Origin: Marsupella aquatica
Taxonomy: Eukaryota > Plantae > Marchantiophyta
NCBI GenBank assembly: GCA_973895155.1
Contig: OZ316894.1
Location: 17,266,563-17,330,562 of the forward strand
Reading direction: 5' to 3'
DNA: 64,000 nt
The position numbers and the translations under genes were made by a program. The notes below the pieces were generated by a model, which worked only from the letters and a program-made list of their open reading frames with translations, was not told the origin of the DNA and made no database searches. This document shows positions 40,432 through 52,225 of this stretch, piece after piece (the first letter of the stretch is position 1; every line of letters begins with the position of its first letter).

Positions 40432-41718
40432 GTTTGGTCTCCTCCTTGCTTTGGTTCCTTCCGAAAAACCTTTGGCACTGCAAATTTGTAAGACAACCAC
40501 TGCAAAAAAGGCAGGGCCTTGTATTATTGGCTTTAATGGCCCCTCTCACATCAGCCGCATGGTCGGAGGCCATGCTTGTAGGTCATATAAATTTGGTACG
40601 AAACAAATGTTACCAAGGTGTAATGTTTTTTGGAGACCCCTGCAATATCCATCATCTCCTGCCCGTGAGGTCATACTCTTTAACATTTTTCCGGACAGTA
40701 TTTACATACCACAAGGACAATCTGGGCTGGGGTTCTAAATTCCCAGATTGAGCCTCTAGAAAATCTTTCTGACTATTGCCCGTCAGCTATTCTTCACTTT
40801 CTGGTCGCATGTTTACCTTCTACAAACCATGTGCCTAGACCGTCACTATCCTATACCTTCAACACAATTAGCTTTGAAATGAGAGTGTGCTCCCCCAAGA
40901 AAATCACAAAATGGTTCCACCAAGCTACTGTGCTTCCCCCTCCAACAAACTGCCCTTACTCAGGTAATGTCAGCAAAATTCTGCTCAACCCGTAGTGCTA
41001 CTTTTTTGCTTCCCCACTCCGCCCAAAGTCGCCAGTATGAAACAGCCAGCCCAAACAATGTTGGGAGGATGTTTTGGCTGTTTGTTGCTAAGGTGACCTG
41101 AGTAGATAAGAAGTTAACTTGTACCCTACCAGGCCAAAAAGACACCATGAGTAGTTCACTAATTTGAATAGCTGAGAATAAATTGCACATTTCTGAAAGT
41201 CTTAAACTGGTCCAGTACTATATGAAAAGGAAGATTCACAAAAAGGGTTTACTATGCTCCAATTGGACTGTGCCCCATGGAACCCGAGATGGAACCCAGG
41301 CTGATGAAATGCCCAAAGAGTGGCTTATTGACAGAGGATTTTGGCACCTCAATGTCAACTCATCACATCCTTGGGTTGAAGGTCCCAAGGGTTTGCCAAT
41401 GATAGTGGTATGTGAGTTGGGTTTAGAACATTGCAAGACAAGGAAGTGGAGCCGGGTTTGGGGGTGGAAGGGGGATCCTTCTGCAAGAGGGTTCTAAAGC
41501 TCCAATTTGATTGGGGCACATGGAGCTTAGTCTTAGGGTGGCTACAATACGTGGGGGCACTTGTGATGTTTTCGCCAAACCAAACTAGAGGCCGCTTTTT
41601 GTTCTTAACATAGACCCAAACCAAAAATCTTTTGAAATGAAATTCAATAAATGTAAATCCCTTGAACTAAGTAACCAAAGTTTGGAAATGTTTGGATCAC
41701 ATCTCAAGGTGGTCTGAA

Positions 41719-44478
41719 TTTTTTTTATTTTTTTTTTGAAAACTTCGTTTATTCCGCTTGAACCCCACGGTGAGGGAAACCAGCAGGCCCAAAGGCAAAA
41801 AGGCCACAAGGGCAGTAAAAAGATTATCCACAGAACCTAAGACAAAACTAAGACCATCCTTAGAAAGAATCCTTTGATTGTTGTGACCAGTAGATCCATA
41901 GAAGGAGCTCATTGGTGTCTTTGCTCCAAGTGGCCTAAGGACTTCAACAGTATCGTGTTAACCTGTTACCGTCTACAAGTATAATTCTCAAGCGAATCCA
42001 TAGTTCTAAGGTATTCTTTGTGGTATCGTATGCCAACCTAACTTTAGTAGAACCTACAGAGTTATCAGCCTTCTGACTCCAGATCTAATAAGCCTTGTGC
42101 GTTCCTCTTTAAGCATTTTGGATGTAGCATGTAATCAAGCTAGCTTCCTATCAGAAGCGAGGGGAACAGCTGCAGTAACGGCAGCAAGATGATCCATTGC
42201 TTCCGAAATGACCTGTAATTGATCAAACACCCGTCTTTGTACCAAATCAAAAGTTTGACTGTTCCTGGCAAGCCAAATGCTCCATAAAATCTGGTAGATC
42301 ATAAATGCCCTCAGTGAGTGGAGAGGTGTACGACCGTGGAATGATCTTAGGAGTCCAATGATACTCAAATTGGTACCGATGAGATCCCCATTCACCCACG
42401 GTCTTGCTTCAAGCCAACAACTTTGTGCATGGCGGCAGTGACAAAATAGATGGGGGATAGTTTCCAACATAGAAGCACAGAGCATACAATTACCATTTGA
42501 TTTCCCGATCTTCAGTGCCCTAGATCCCGAAAATAAGCCTTGTGCTAAGATTCGCCAAATGAATACTTTCGCTCTCATGGAGAGATCTACTCGCCACAGT
42601 ACTTTCCAAATGCTACTCCATTCTATATCTGTAAGTGCTTCTCCCCAGATGTTGTTTAGGTGGTCAGAGTTGGTGCCCTTGGGTCGTAGCATCTTGTAAA
42701 CCCTCCCGTTTGATACTCCAAAATTCCTCATACCTGCATCTAAGTCTAACCACCTCCAAAGGCACGCATCCGCGAGTAGTGCTCTACTTCCGATCCTTGC
42801 CCCGCTGCTCTTTATCATAAGCAATTCACATTGTGCACGACCAGTGGCCGTGAATCCTCTCAGCCTTTGTAATTTTCCTGACATGTCTTTCCATCCATTG
42901 TTTGTTGTAGACCAGAGATCCTGCATAGTCCGAATTCCTAGCCAAGATTTGAACTATCTCCATGATATTTCTCTTGGGCAGCTGGTAAAAGCCTTGCAGA
43001 CATGGCATCGTATCCTCTATGCCCCAGTTCCCTGGGATAGAGCCTGTGCCAGGGCAAAAAATCAAATATTCTCTTACCTTTGCCCACGCACCCCAAAGAT
43101 TCCCCGTATATGCCAATTTACCGAAGGATCTTGAGGTACTCTATAAAAGCAGATCCGTCATGGAATAGTGATTCCTCCTCACAGTCTTGTAATTTTGCCA
43201 CTTTGTCAGCCTGAGATTCACAACAAACATTTTGCCCATTCCGAGTTAGGATCATCCAATGCCCCTATAAACCATTTACATAACAGAGCATCAAAATGAC
43301 TTCTAAACTCCTTCAATCCAAGTCCCCCCTCTTGTTTAGGGCGTGTCTCCCACGCCACCAACGGTATTTGACGTCCTCCGAGAAGATTGCAGCCCCACAG
43401 AAAAGTTCTATTCAGAATCGTCATCTTCTTTGCTAGCTCCCCTGAAGATAGTATAAACATCATGTGGTAAATTGGAATAGCCTGTAGGACGTGTTTGATT
43501 AGCAGTAATGGCCCTATAAAAGATAAGAATCTAGTGGACCATGATGATAGCCACGCCCCTTCTTATCCAAGCAAAAGTTGTGTAACTGTGTTTCCAACAG
43601 ATCCACTCCAAATGGTGCTTCGAGGTAGCGCTGCACCGTACCCTTTTCACTAATTTTACATCCGGTATTCCTAAGCCACTCCGGAATCACCTCTAAAGCA
43701 AATGGAATTATTATAGATTTTTCAGATTCAGTTTGGCACCTGTGGCCATTTTGTAATAGTTGATTGTCTCTTTTGCCTGGTCAAAAGCTTCAGCAGTAGC
43801 TGGGATGAACAATCCTAAATCTTTGGCGAACAATCTAAAGCATATGTGTAAAGAATAATTGATCCTAAGACCCTGCAATCTACCCGTAACGAGCTCTGCA
43901 TTACAAAAATCCATAAATGGCTGAGTAGAGATAGCAAATAGCAGTGGGGAGAGAGGGCATCCTTGCCTCACACCCCGGCCCATATCAATATCTTCTGTCC
44001 ATAATCCATTTACTAACGCTTTGGATAATCCATTGCTAAGTAGAGATCTGACAAGATAAATGAAATGGGACCCTATCCCTAATAAGTTCATCGTCTCCCA
44101 GATATAAGAATGATCTACCCTATCAAAAGCCTTTTCAAAATCAAGCTGTAGAAATAAAGTTGGAGTTTGCATAAGATTAATCCAATCACTTGCTAACCAT
44201 GAGAGGGAAATGTTTCCAGAATGTGTCTCTCGGGGATGAATCCCGTTTGCTGCGGACTGATCATTCTTGGTAGCAATGTCTTGAGTCGCAGAGCAAGTAG
44301 CTTGGCGATCACCTTGTATGTAGTTGTTAGCATAGTTAACCCTCTCCAATCTCCTAGCCTTCTTTTATCAATCTTCTTGGGAATGAACCGGATCACCCCT
44401 TCTTTGATTCCGTAAGCAATGTTGCTAGTCCTCCAAAATCGCACACCATTTCAAAAAAGTTTTCTTTCATGAAGCCCC
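41719..44478 (-). mobile_element. 5'-truncated L1-like LINE (ORF2 RT + zf-RVT remnants), frameshifted
   Basis: DWRGLTMLTTTYKVIAKLLA, LDFEKAFDRV, GRGVRQGCPLSPLLF, FAKD (FADD site), and zf-RVT KVFIWR...CMLC...ETIPHLFCHC. AATAAA plus an A-tail at the 3' end (~41719-41753). 14-bp TSD CAAGGTGGTCTGAA at 41705-41718 and 44479-44492. Confidence 0.92.
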
Positions 44479-45599
44479 CAAGGTGGTCTGAAATTAAGCA
44501 CTTGTGACGGGGTCCCCGTCACTCGAAATCATGAATAATGGGTTGCAGAGGGGTGTGCCTTGTTAATAGCCACTGTAAATAAGCCATTTTTAATTTTTTT
44601 TTAGTTATTTCCGCCATTGTAGGTTGATGATGCCCCGGGTGACTTTATATTCTTCCTCTCGTAACAGTTCTAAGATTTGTGGCGACCTAAGCAGGCAAAT
44701 ATTTTGGGACCTAATACATACTTGATTCATATTATCAGCTGCTAATCGCGTCGTTGGCTCCAAATGCTTATTTAAAGCTTATGCCATTCCAAGCCATTAG
44801 CGGTATGAGCTGCCCCGTTAGCAGCCTTCGATTTATTCAATTCGACTTTTCGGTAGTTCCCCACGGCCGTGGCTGTCGTACCCAGCACGGTCTTTATTTC
44901 CATAGGTTGAGACTTGATGCGGTCAGCCACCGATACCCCCCGAAGCGCTCGGGCGGCCCTTTTGATGCTACTATTAAATGTAGTGCCTAGTGAGTATATA
45001 ACCCCATACATGAGGTTTATTTGCGTGGGGATATGGGAGTGGCGGCTGGTGCTACGAAAGTGACCAAACAGCACATCTGATTTGTTAGGATAATGGTTAG
45101 GTCTTGGCGGTCGCTCAACAGCTATTTGCTCTTGCAGAGCAAATGCCCGGAGGTACCCTTCGAGCACCAGAAGAAGAATACTCCCCATGTGGGTGGAAGG
45201 CCTTCGCCCTCCAGGGCATCGGTCAATAAATTCGAACCTGGTGAAATAAATCCTCCGTAGTTTTGAAAACTGAACCAAACAGCTGTTCCAAGTTAAATTC
45301 TATAAGGCCATCAAAACGTACTCCTTGAATAATTGATCCATGGAAATACATCGAAATCACAGGTCTTGTAAAATCTTAGAGCCAGAGTGTGGGACCCGTA
45401 GTAAAAAGACTTTTCCTGTAACTGTAAAAAATAAATAGAAATTACGTGTAGCAAAATACACACGGAATATACCAAAAATCCACTTGATCTTTTAAGACTC
45501 AGATGAAAAAACCAAGAATGGGGAAGGAGCGAATGGAAGTCGGGTACACTAAATTTAGAGCTATCCAACTCCCGGACCTACTTGGTTCACTCGTGAGAA

Positions 45600-45795
45600 C
45601 ATTCCGCCCTACACAGTCATTGCTCTGCTACGCGCCTACTTTTTCCTGCGGTACCAGTCGTTTTCTCAGTAGGATACAGGGCGGCCATTCAGTATTGGTA
45701 AAAACCAATACTGAATATAAGACGAAATGGGGAGTAATATGAACCAAACATAACCGAATGAATTGTGTCAAATACGTAAATTGATCTAGTTGAGG
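45600..45795 (-). pseudogene. atp8: Diverged partial duplicate of the atp8 5' region
   Basis: PQLDQFTYLTQF...LRKRLVPQEKVGA*QSND. ATG is replaced by CGG and AAG by TAG at 45628-45630. Confidence 0.8.
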
Positions 45796-45858
45796 CCGGA
45801 GATGTAGGGCGTTAGTTCTACATAACATTTTTTTTCCTTTCCCCTTCTTCGTTACATC

Positions 45859-46377
45859 TCATGAAATTTTTTTTTTTCTCGGTCCGTTCTTTATCTTCGC
45901 CAGAGTTCTCTTTTGCCCGCGTAAAACATAGATTTTGTTAAGAGCGGTGGTTTGACGTGAAGCTAGAAAAGTTGTTTGATAAGTAGAAGGACTCAGGGTT
46001 GAAAGTGCGTTCTTTTTGATCACTTGTGATACACTAATCTCTCCCAAAGAAGATACATAATCTTTATTCATTCGTTGCAATTTATTAGTATTTGCGAGTT
46101 GGACCATTCCTTTACACCACTTAGATGCTCCGGATACACTTGAGTACAGATAGTTTGCACTGGCTTGAAAACATTCTTTGAAAACCACATCCTGTTCTAC
46201 ACGGTCATTGCTCTGCTTCGCGCCTACTTTTTCCTGCGATACCAGTCGTTTTCTTAGTTTGATAATTCGACTTATTTTGGGTAATCCATCATTATATAAT
46301 AATACATAAAAAGTCATATAAAACACGCATAACCAAACGAATTGTGTCAAATACGTAAATTGATCTAGTTGAGGCAT
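45859..46377 (-). CDS. atp8: Mitochondrial ATP synthase subunit 8 (NUMT copy), 172 aa
   Basis: MPQLDQFTYLTQFVWLC...LPKISRIIKLR signature of plant atp8/orfB. Confidence 0.92.
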   Translation of the reverse strand: MPQLDQFTYLTQFVWLCVFYMTFYVLLYNDGLPKISRIIKLRKRLVSQEKVGAKQSNDRVEQDVVFKECFQASANYLYSSVSGASKWCKGMVQLANTNKLQRMNKDYVSSLGEISVSQVIKKNALSTLSPSTYQTTFLASRQTTALNKIYVLRGQKRTLAKIKNGPRKKKIS

Positions 46378-46874
46378 TTTTTTCCACTTTTTTTTTTACC
46401 GATTCCAATACTTATTGAATCGCGCTCCGCCCAGCCAAATAAAATATATACTTTATTTGCGCTCTGAGTCGTTCTGGGTGGGGGATAATTATTTTATCAT
46501 CCGAGGCCATGCGCGTAGTCTGGGTCCGAAGGACACGGGGGAATCATGCCTGTATCGGGCCAGAACGAAAAAGCAGAGCTTTTATTCGCTTCGCAAAGGA
46601 CCCGCCCGAAACCTAGTACTCCGCCATGGGCCGGAAATTTTAAAGCCGGCCGGAAACGCAAAGAAAATAATTTTTCAGTGATTAGCTAAAGGGCCGCAGG
46701 CAACCTCCCCTTTTCATTACTGAGGTCCTGAGTATACATGTGGGCATACCCCCCCGCATTACCTGAGGCTTGGGGCGATGAGACATCGCTTGTAGTCGCA
46801 CTACTGGATTATTTGCGTGACATCCCCTCTTCGCATCTAGTTTTTAACCGCGTTAACGCACCAACAAAAACTAA

Positions 46875-47654
46875 TTATTTGCCCCGGCCTTGGTCTTTGA
46901 GTCGAAATACGTTATTTTTGGTGGGTTGTTTAGTAGTTTCACGTTTTTTCTCGGTATGGGTGAGAGGAGGCTTTGGGCCTAAATGCTTGAAGCTCTGTTT
47001 GGTCCTTTTGGTCGTAGGAACTTTCTCGGAAAAAATATTTTTTTTCTTGACGTTCGTGTTCCTCTCCACGTCTCGCCGGTGTTTTAGCTTCGCGCCTAAA
47101 TGCTTTGTTCGTTCCTGATGCGATCTTGGCGTCAAAAAATAATCTATTTTGCCATCACCAATCTCTTTTACCACGATATTACTGATTTCTGGTTTCATGT
47201 TCAAAATGGAGAATATTCTCCATTGACTATAAAATACTTTTCTACTTTTGAGAAGACTCTTGGGGAGAAAAGCTATATACCCTGCGATTGCTACAGCATA
47301 ACCTCCTTTCACTGAATTCAAAATAAATCCTTTGACCAAATTTTGGTCACTTCGCCAAATCTTGGTGAGTTCAATCCAAACTAGTTTTCCTTTACATCTT
47401 ATTTCTAATGGTTTCGGCAGAAGCATCTTTGGTTCACCAAACACTTCTACATCTTCAATTCCAAAATTAAACCTTGCTTGCTTGGTGATTGGCACTTTCT
47501 CCAGTTCATGTTGGAAACAAATTATTGGAGTTTTCAGTCCCGTATCCACCAAGACCTTGTTTTGTTGTAATTGTATCACTGAACATTGTATAGCACTCCC
47601 ACGTAATGGATTAAAACTAGAATTATATTTGGGAAATAATTGACTAAAGCTCAT
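46875..47654 (-). CDS. rps1: Mitochondrial ribosomal protein S1 (NUMT copy)
   Basis: MSFSQLFPKY... with VLVDTGLKTP and KGFILNSVKGGYAVAIAGYIAFLPKS. ATG at 47654. Confidence 0.9.
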   Translation of the reverse strand: MSFSQLFPKYNSSFNPLRGSAIQCSVIQLQQNKVLVDTGLKTPIICFQHELEKVPITKQARFNFGIEDVEVFGEPKMLLPKPLEIRCKGKLVWIELTKIWRSDQNLVKGFILNSVKGGYAVAIAGYIAFLPKSLLKSRKVFYSQWRIFSILNMKPEISNIVVKEIGDGKIDYFLTPRSHQERTKHLGAKLKHRRDVERNTNVKKKNIFSEKVPTTKRTKQSFKHLGPKPPLTHTEKKRETTKQPTKNNVFRLKDQGRGK

Positions 47655-48320
47655 TTTTATTCCTTTTCCTTTTTCAGTACTTCTGTCACCCAATTCGTTT
47701 GCTTATAAGGGCCTTCGGACTAAGCAGTGCCCTCATAATCAGTTTCATGAGGCCTTTAGGGCATAGTAATTAATTGCTAGGGGGAGAACAAAATTATTTA
47801 TTTGTGCTGCGCCGAGCCTTCCCGTATTTCGACTTGGAACCATCCCAGTTGAATAGGCCTGAAGTCGACGAGACTCGTTCAGTCCGGGAACGAAAACGAC
47901 CCAAGCTCTATCATTCTCATTTTAGAGAACCTGAGATAACCGTGCAGCCGTAAGCCGCAGGCCACCCCCATAGGGCATAGAACGAGAGAAAAAAAATATA
48001 TATAAATTTTTATTTGTTTCCGGCCCTTTCCCGGCGTCGGCCCGGCTGGAGACACTCCGGTATCGGCTAAAGCCCGAACCCTATCGGCCCGAGGGCGCGA
48101 TACTATAGATAGAAGTGCTACGCACTTTGTGGGTCCGAAGGGCCGCCGAAGGCCAGACATGGCTTGTAGATTTCCTTCTCCGCCTTTACGAAGGACGGGT
48201 TAAGCCCCGTGAAGCCAAAGAAGTATCCCAAAGAAGTCTCCCTCGGACCCTAAAAAAATTGTTTCTGCTCTTGAACCTCAATTTACCATTTTATGATGAC
48301 ATAGCACTTTATGATGATAT

Positions 48321-48698
48321 TTAAACACGACGTTTTTTAGGGGGTCGGCATCCATTATGTGGCGTTGGGGTTACATCGCGAATTTTGGTAATAATAAGAC
48401 CTCCTGGTTTTAAACCACGTAGCGAAGATTCCTTTCCATAACCCAATCCTTTGATTCTCACTTCAACAAACTTAAATCCAAGTTGAATGGCAGCTCGCGC
48501 GACATTTTCTGCGGTTGCTTGAGCAGCATAATTGGTTGAGCGACGAGATCCCTTAAACCCCACTGAACCCGAGGGGGACCAAGTTTTTGTATTTCCGTCA
48601 TAATCCGTTAAAGTAATAATTGTATTACCAAAAGTTGATTGAATATAAGTAATACAGTGTTTTTTTTGCATATTAGTAATACCGTGCTTTTCCTGCAT
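48321..48698 (-). CDS. rps11: Mitochondrial ribosomal protein S11 (NUMT copy)
   Basis: STFGNTIITLTD, GFKGSRRSTNYAAQ, IRDVTPTPHNGCRPPKKRRV. Confidence 0.95.
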   Translation of the reverse strand: MQEKHGITNMQKKHCITYIQSTFGNTIITLTDYDGNTKTWSPSGSVGFKGSRRSTNYAAQATAENVARAAIQLGFKFVEVRIKGLGYGKESSLRGLKPGGLIITKIRDVTPTPHNGCRPPKKRRV

Positions 48699-48816
48699 GA
48701 TTGTTTATTGAATGTTTTTGGTGTTGCTCGATATCATCGATTTCGTTTTTTTATGATCCATCCAATTCGTTCACCAATTACAGAGATATTTTGTACGAAC
48801 TGGAAAAAAACTTTTC

Positions 48817-49179
48817 TCAACTTCTGATCGAAATGTATCTCAATTTGCGAGAAGTCTTAGCATTAGTATGAGTCCGTTGGCCGCGTAAGGGCAATCCTGC
48901 ATTATGGCGAAACCCGCGATAACAACCAATACTAATTAATCGTTTGATGTCCCTCTGAATGACTCTCTCCAATTCCGAATCGACTAAATAATTTTGACTT
49001 ATTATTTCTATAATTTGGTCAAATTGATATTTAGTTAACTTATTAACCTTAATGTTATCGCTGAGGCCTAATCGATCACAAACTTGAATTGCCTTTTTAG
49101 GCCCAATTCCGAAGATTCGGGTTAAGGCAATTTTCACCTGTTTATTGGAATTCAGATTGGTTCCTAAAATATATGACAT
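48817..49179 (-). CDS. rps13: Mitochondrial ribosomal protein S13 (NUMT copy)
   Basis: IALTRIFGIG, CYRGFRHNAGLPLRGQRTHTNAKT. Confidence 0.95.
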   Translation of the reverse strand: MSYILGTNLNSNKQVKIALTRIFGIGPKKAIQVCDRLGLSDNIKVNKLTKYQFDQIIEIISQNYLVDSELERVIQRDIKRLISIGCYRGFRHNAGLPLRGQRTHTNAKTSRKLRYISIRS

Positions 49180-49182
49180 GAT

Positions 49183-49488
49183 TTATTTTTTTTTCCCTTG
49201 TTTTTTATGTATAATTTCGTTCCGATATTGTATACCCCTCCCTTTATAAACTTCGGGAGGTTTACAACTTTTGACAATGGCAGCAAATTGAGTGACTTTT
49301 TGATGATCCATTCCGGTACAACAAATAAGATTAGGCTTTAAGCAAAAAACGCGAACTGAAGGTGGAACTTGAAGTCGAATCTCATGACTAAATCCTAATT
49401 TCAAATATAAAATAGAGCCTTGTGCGTTAGTACTGGCTTTATATCCAACTCCAATTATTTCCAAAAAACAAAAGAATTTGGCTTCCAT
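49183..49488 (-). CDS. rpl6: Mitochondrial ribosomal protein L6 (NUMT copy)
   Basis: LEIIGVGYKA, LKLGFSH, KPPEVYKGRGIQY. Confidence 0.93.
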   Translation of the reverse strand: MEAKFFCFLEIIGVGYKASTNAQGSILYLKLGFSHEIRLQVPPSVRVFCLKPNLICCTGMDHQKVTQFAAIVKSCKPPEVYKGRGIQYRNEIIHKKQGKKK

Positions 49489-49506
49489 AAACTTTACTTT
49501 ATTTTT

Positions 49507-49965
49507 TTAAAAAACTTGGCAGAGAATCTCACCGCCACCAAAATTGGTTTTTTGTGCTTCACGATCACATATCAAATTTCCCCTTGAAGTGGATAAGATG
49601 GTTATACCAAGTCCTTCCCTTTTTTTTGATAAACGATTTTTTGATGAATAAATCCGAAAACCTGGTTTAGATATTGTTTCCATCTTTTTCATTACACCCA
49701 TTCCAGAAAAATGATACTTCAAGACTATTCTCAAGCTTCCGTCTGCTTCCTGAGAGAATCCGTGGATATAACCCTCATCGTACAGAATTCTGCAAAAATC
49801 CCAACAAAGACGCGAAACGAAAACGCGAGGGGTAATTTTACAAGCGGAGCAGACAAAGCGTTTTTTTCTCTCGCTTATTTTTTTGAAGGAGGAAAAATAA
49901 AGAACACGCTTTTGAGCTTTTTGCGCATTTTTTATACCGGATAAAAGATTACTTAATGTATGCAT
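49507..49965 (-). CDS. rps8: Mitochondrial ribosomal protein S8 (NUMT copy)
   Basis: LSNLLSGIKNAQ, ILYDEGYI, ISKPGFRIY, GITILSTSRG, GGEILCQVF. Confidence 0.93.
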   Translation of the reverse strand: MHTLSNLLSGIKNAQKAQKRVLYFSSFKKISERKKRFVCSACKITPRVFVSRLCWDFCRILYDEGYIHGFSQEADGSLRIVLKYHFSGMGVMKKMETISKPGFRIYSSKNRLSKKREGLGITILSTSRGNLICDREAQKTNFGGGEILCQVF

Positions 49966-50465
49966 AAAAAGAATATTTTTTTTCTATTTTTTCGATTCGA
50001 ACAGCACTTCGCGCCTCGCGGGGCGTTCGATTTATTCCTTATTAAGAGACATTTGATTTATTCCTTATTAAGAGACATATATCTAAATTGGTGGTTTCAA
50101 CCCTCCCTATAGTCCCGTGCCCGAAAAAAGCGTTTTTCGTCAGTCGCGGGCCCTTCGGGCACTCTCGCCTTCTTTCTAAGCCATTTTTAGAAGACTTCGG
50201 GCACTCCTCCCACCTATTAGGTCTCGTGCCTTTGGCGGCCGCAGGGTTCGGAAAAATATTTGTTGTTTTTCGCTACATTCCCAATTTAGCTATTAGATTC
50301 TACCTGGAGAAAGTTCAGCGTGTAGTAACCAAATGTTCGAATCATAAGCGAGGGAAAAAACGTATTTCATTTTATGAGCGCCTCGTATACTTGGCAGGTT
50401 GGGAGGCAGTGGAGGAAGACCTATATATAGGTACTCCTCGAAGAGCTAACCTTTTCTTTTATTGG

Positions 50466-50651
50466 CTACCAACACGATTTGTTTATGCCTATCAAAGAAC
50501 CTTTAGAAGCTAATTCACGAAAAACTATACGAGAAATGCGAAATAACTTATATACGGAACGAGGGCGCCCTGTGAAAATACACCGGTTTCTTACTCGTGT
50601 TTTGGAACTATTTCTTGGCAACTTAGACAACTTAGAAAAATATTCATAACG
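50466..50651 (-). CDS. rps14: rps14 exon 2 (NUMT copy)
   Basis: RYEYFSKLSKLPRNSSKTRVRNRCIFTGRPRSVYKLFRISRIVFRELA...KSCW*. Confidence 0.9.
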   Translation of the reverse strand, partial: RYEYFSKLSKLPRNSSKTRVRNRCIFTGRPRSVYKLFRISRIVFRELASKGSLIGINKSCW

Positions 50652-51546
50652 GTTACAGTAGACGTGGAATTTCCTCTGACGCCCCTGATTCAAAACCGTA
50701 CGTGATAGTCTCCTATCATACGGCTCCTTGCACCCAGATTGATAAATTATTACGACTTAAAGAGACGTTGTGTCTCTCATCCTCGATTTTGAAGCATATA
50801 TGTTGACTGCTCTTTCATCCCTTGGGATGCATGGACACTTTAGCATATCCCGATCGTAACAACCGGGCAAAAAAAAGTTTTTTTTAGCTTTTTGCCCTAT
50901 CCCAATCCTACACACCATGAAGTTAGCCCGCCTGAGTTCAAGCTCAGAGGTGCGCAGGATTACACAGTTCCGAGATTCCATTCATCCTTTTGGATTGGGC
51001 CGTAAGGCTCCCGCTCTACGCCGGAGGCGCACTGAAAGAACGGGAAAGGGCAGAAAATACCTTTCCCTGGGCCTCTGTCTGATATTCCGGACGCGGCGGG
51101 GGGTCAGTAGGAAGCAATACCACCCCGCTTTCCTATTACGACGCTTCAGATGCTACGGTTCAGTAATTAGCCTTCGTAGGTAGAATAACCACCCTGTAGT
51201 ATTCACCCGGACAATACCCAACAAAGGGTATTTGTCACGCCCTTGCTAGAGATTATTCGTTCCCCACTTCCTAAGGGGCGAAACTCGCTTATCCCCGCGG
51301 GGGAGCGAAGACTGCGGAAAAGGCTTGCTTTAAAATTTCCGGGTTCTTCATCCCTTTTCTACCCAGCTTCACACCTTTGGATGCCACTCCAAACGCATGT
51401 GGGTACGCTGTTACCCTGTTCTCAAGGGAGAAGGACTTTCACCTTCATGGAAACTCAGTTCACTCGCTCCGCCATCCGGGTGCGGATGAATGCGGAATAG
51501 AGCGCACAGGCGTGACTCAACGTCTTGACCTGTGAACAGGTCGCAC
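50652..51546 (-). other. Group II intron in rps14 (position 114), 895 nt, no intact maturase ORF
   Basis: 5' GTGCGA and 3' AAC boundaries. Domain V GAGCCGTATGATAGGAGACTATCACGTACGGTTT at ~50692-50727. Removal gives a 99-aa Rps14. Confidence 0.9.
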
Positions 51547-51660
51547 TATCTTATTAGGAAGATTTCTATCTTGACAAATGGCTTTGTAATACATTCGTTT
51601 CAATTCATATTTAGCCACAAGCAATCTACGTTTGTGATCCCGCATAATTTTATTTGACAT
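51547..51660 (-). CDS. rps14: rps14 exon 1 (114 nt; NUMT copy)
   Basis: MSNKIMRDHKRRLLVAKYELKRMYYKAICQDRNLPNKI, followed by the GTGCG intron start. Confidence 0.9.
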
Positions 51661-51664
51661 ATGA

Positions 51665-52225
51665 CTAAACCTCTTTTTGCAAAAAGCCACTCCACAAAAT
51701 TACAGTCTCATCTTGTGTGTTAGCTGAAGTGACAATAGTTACATCAAACCCTCGAATATGCTCGAAAATCTCGAAATGATCCTGTATTTCGGGAAATAAT
51801 CGTAACAACGACGTTGCCATTGATAATTGAATGGAGTTTTTACGTATTTTGACCGGATAATCGTAGAAGGATATTATTGTAACAAGTTTTTCCAAAAAAT
51901 TATACATGATATGCCCTCGTAGAGTGCTTCGTGCTAGGTGAGTGACATATCCTGTGTCTCTCTTGGACTCCTGATTTACTACGAATTTATTGAATCGAAA
52001 CGACTTTCCTGTCGAACCCCTACTTCGTGTCTGTATGAATTTTTGACCACAAACAATTTCCATGGCTAATTTAACATTCTTTATGAAACTTGAGGGTGCC
52101 TTTGGAACTACTATTGTTTTACACAATCTGGGAACTTCCATTATATTTTCGTAATTAATTTTTAGCAAGAAATCTGGACGTATTACCTGATCGTAATGAA
52201 ACTCGAGTCTATTTGGGGAGAACAT
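51665..52225 (-). CDS. rpl5: Mitochondrial ribosomal protein L5 (NUMT copy)
   Basis: [50 protein letters not shown]. Confidence 0.94.
   Translation of the reverse strand: MFSPNRLEFHYDQVIRPDFLLKINYENIMEVPRLCKTIVVPKAPSSFIKNVKLAMEIVCGQKFIQTRSRGSTGKSFRFNKFVVNQESKRDTGYVTHLARSTLRGHIMYNFLEKLVTIISFYDYPVKIRKNSIQLSMATSLLRLFPEIQDHFEIFEHIRGFDVTIVTSANTQDETVILWSGFLQKEV

Noticed and set aside
44772-45568. ORFs of 168 and 85 aa as sdh4, tatC or other mitochondrial genes
   Set aside because: No recognisable motifs; treated as unassigned spacer ORFs.
50466-50693. 75-aa ORF as the full rps14
   Set aside because: Its first 14 codons are the intron's 3' end. The true exon 1 is at 51547-51660.
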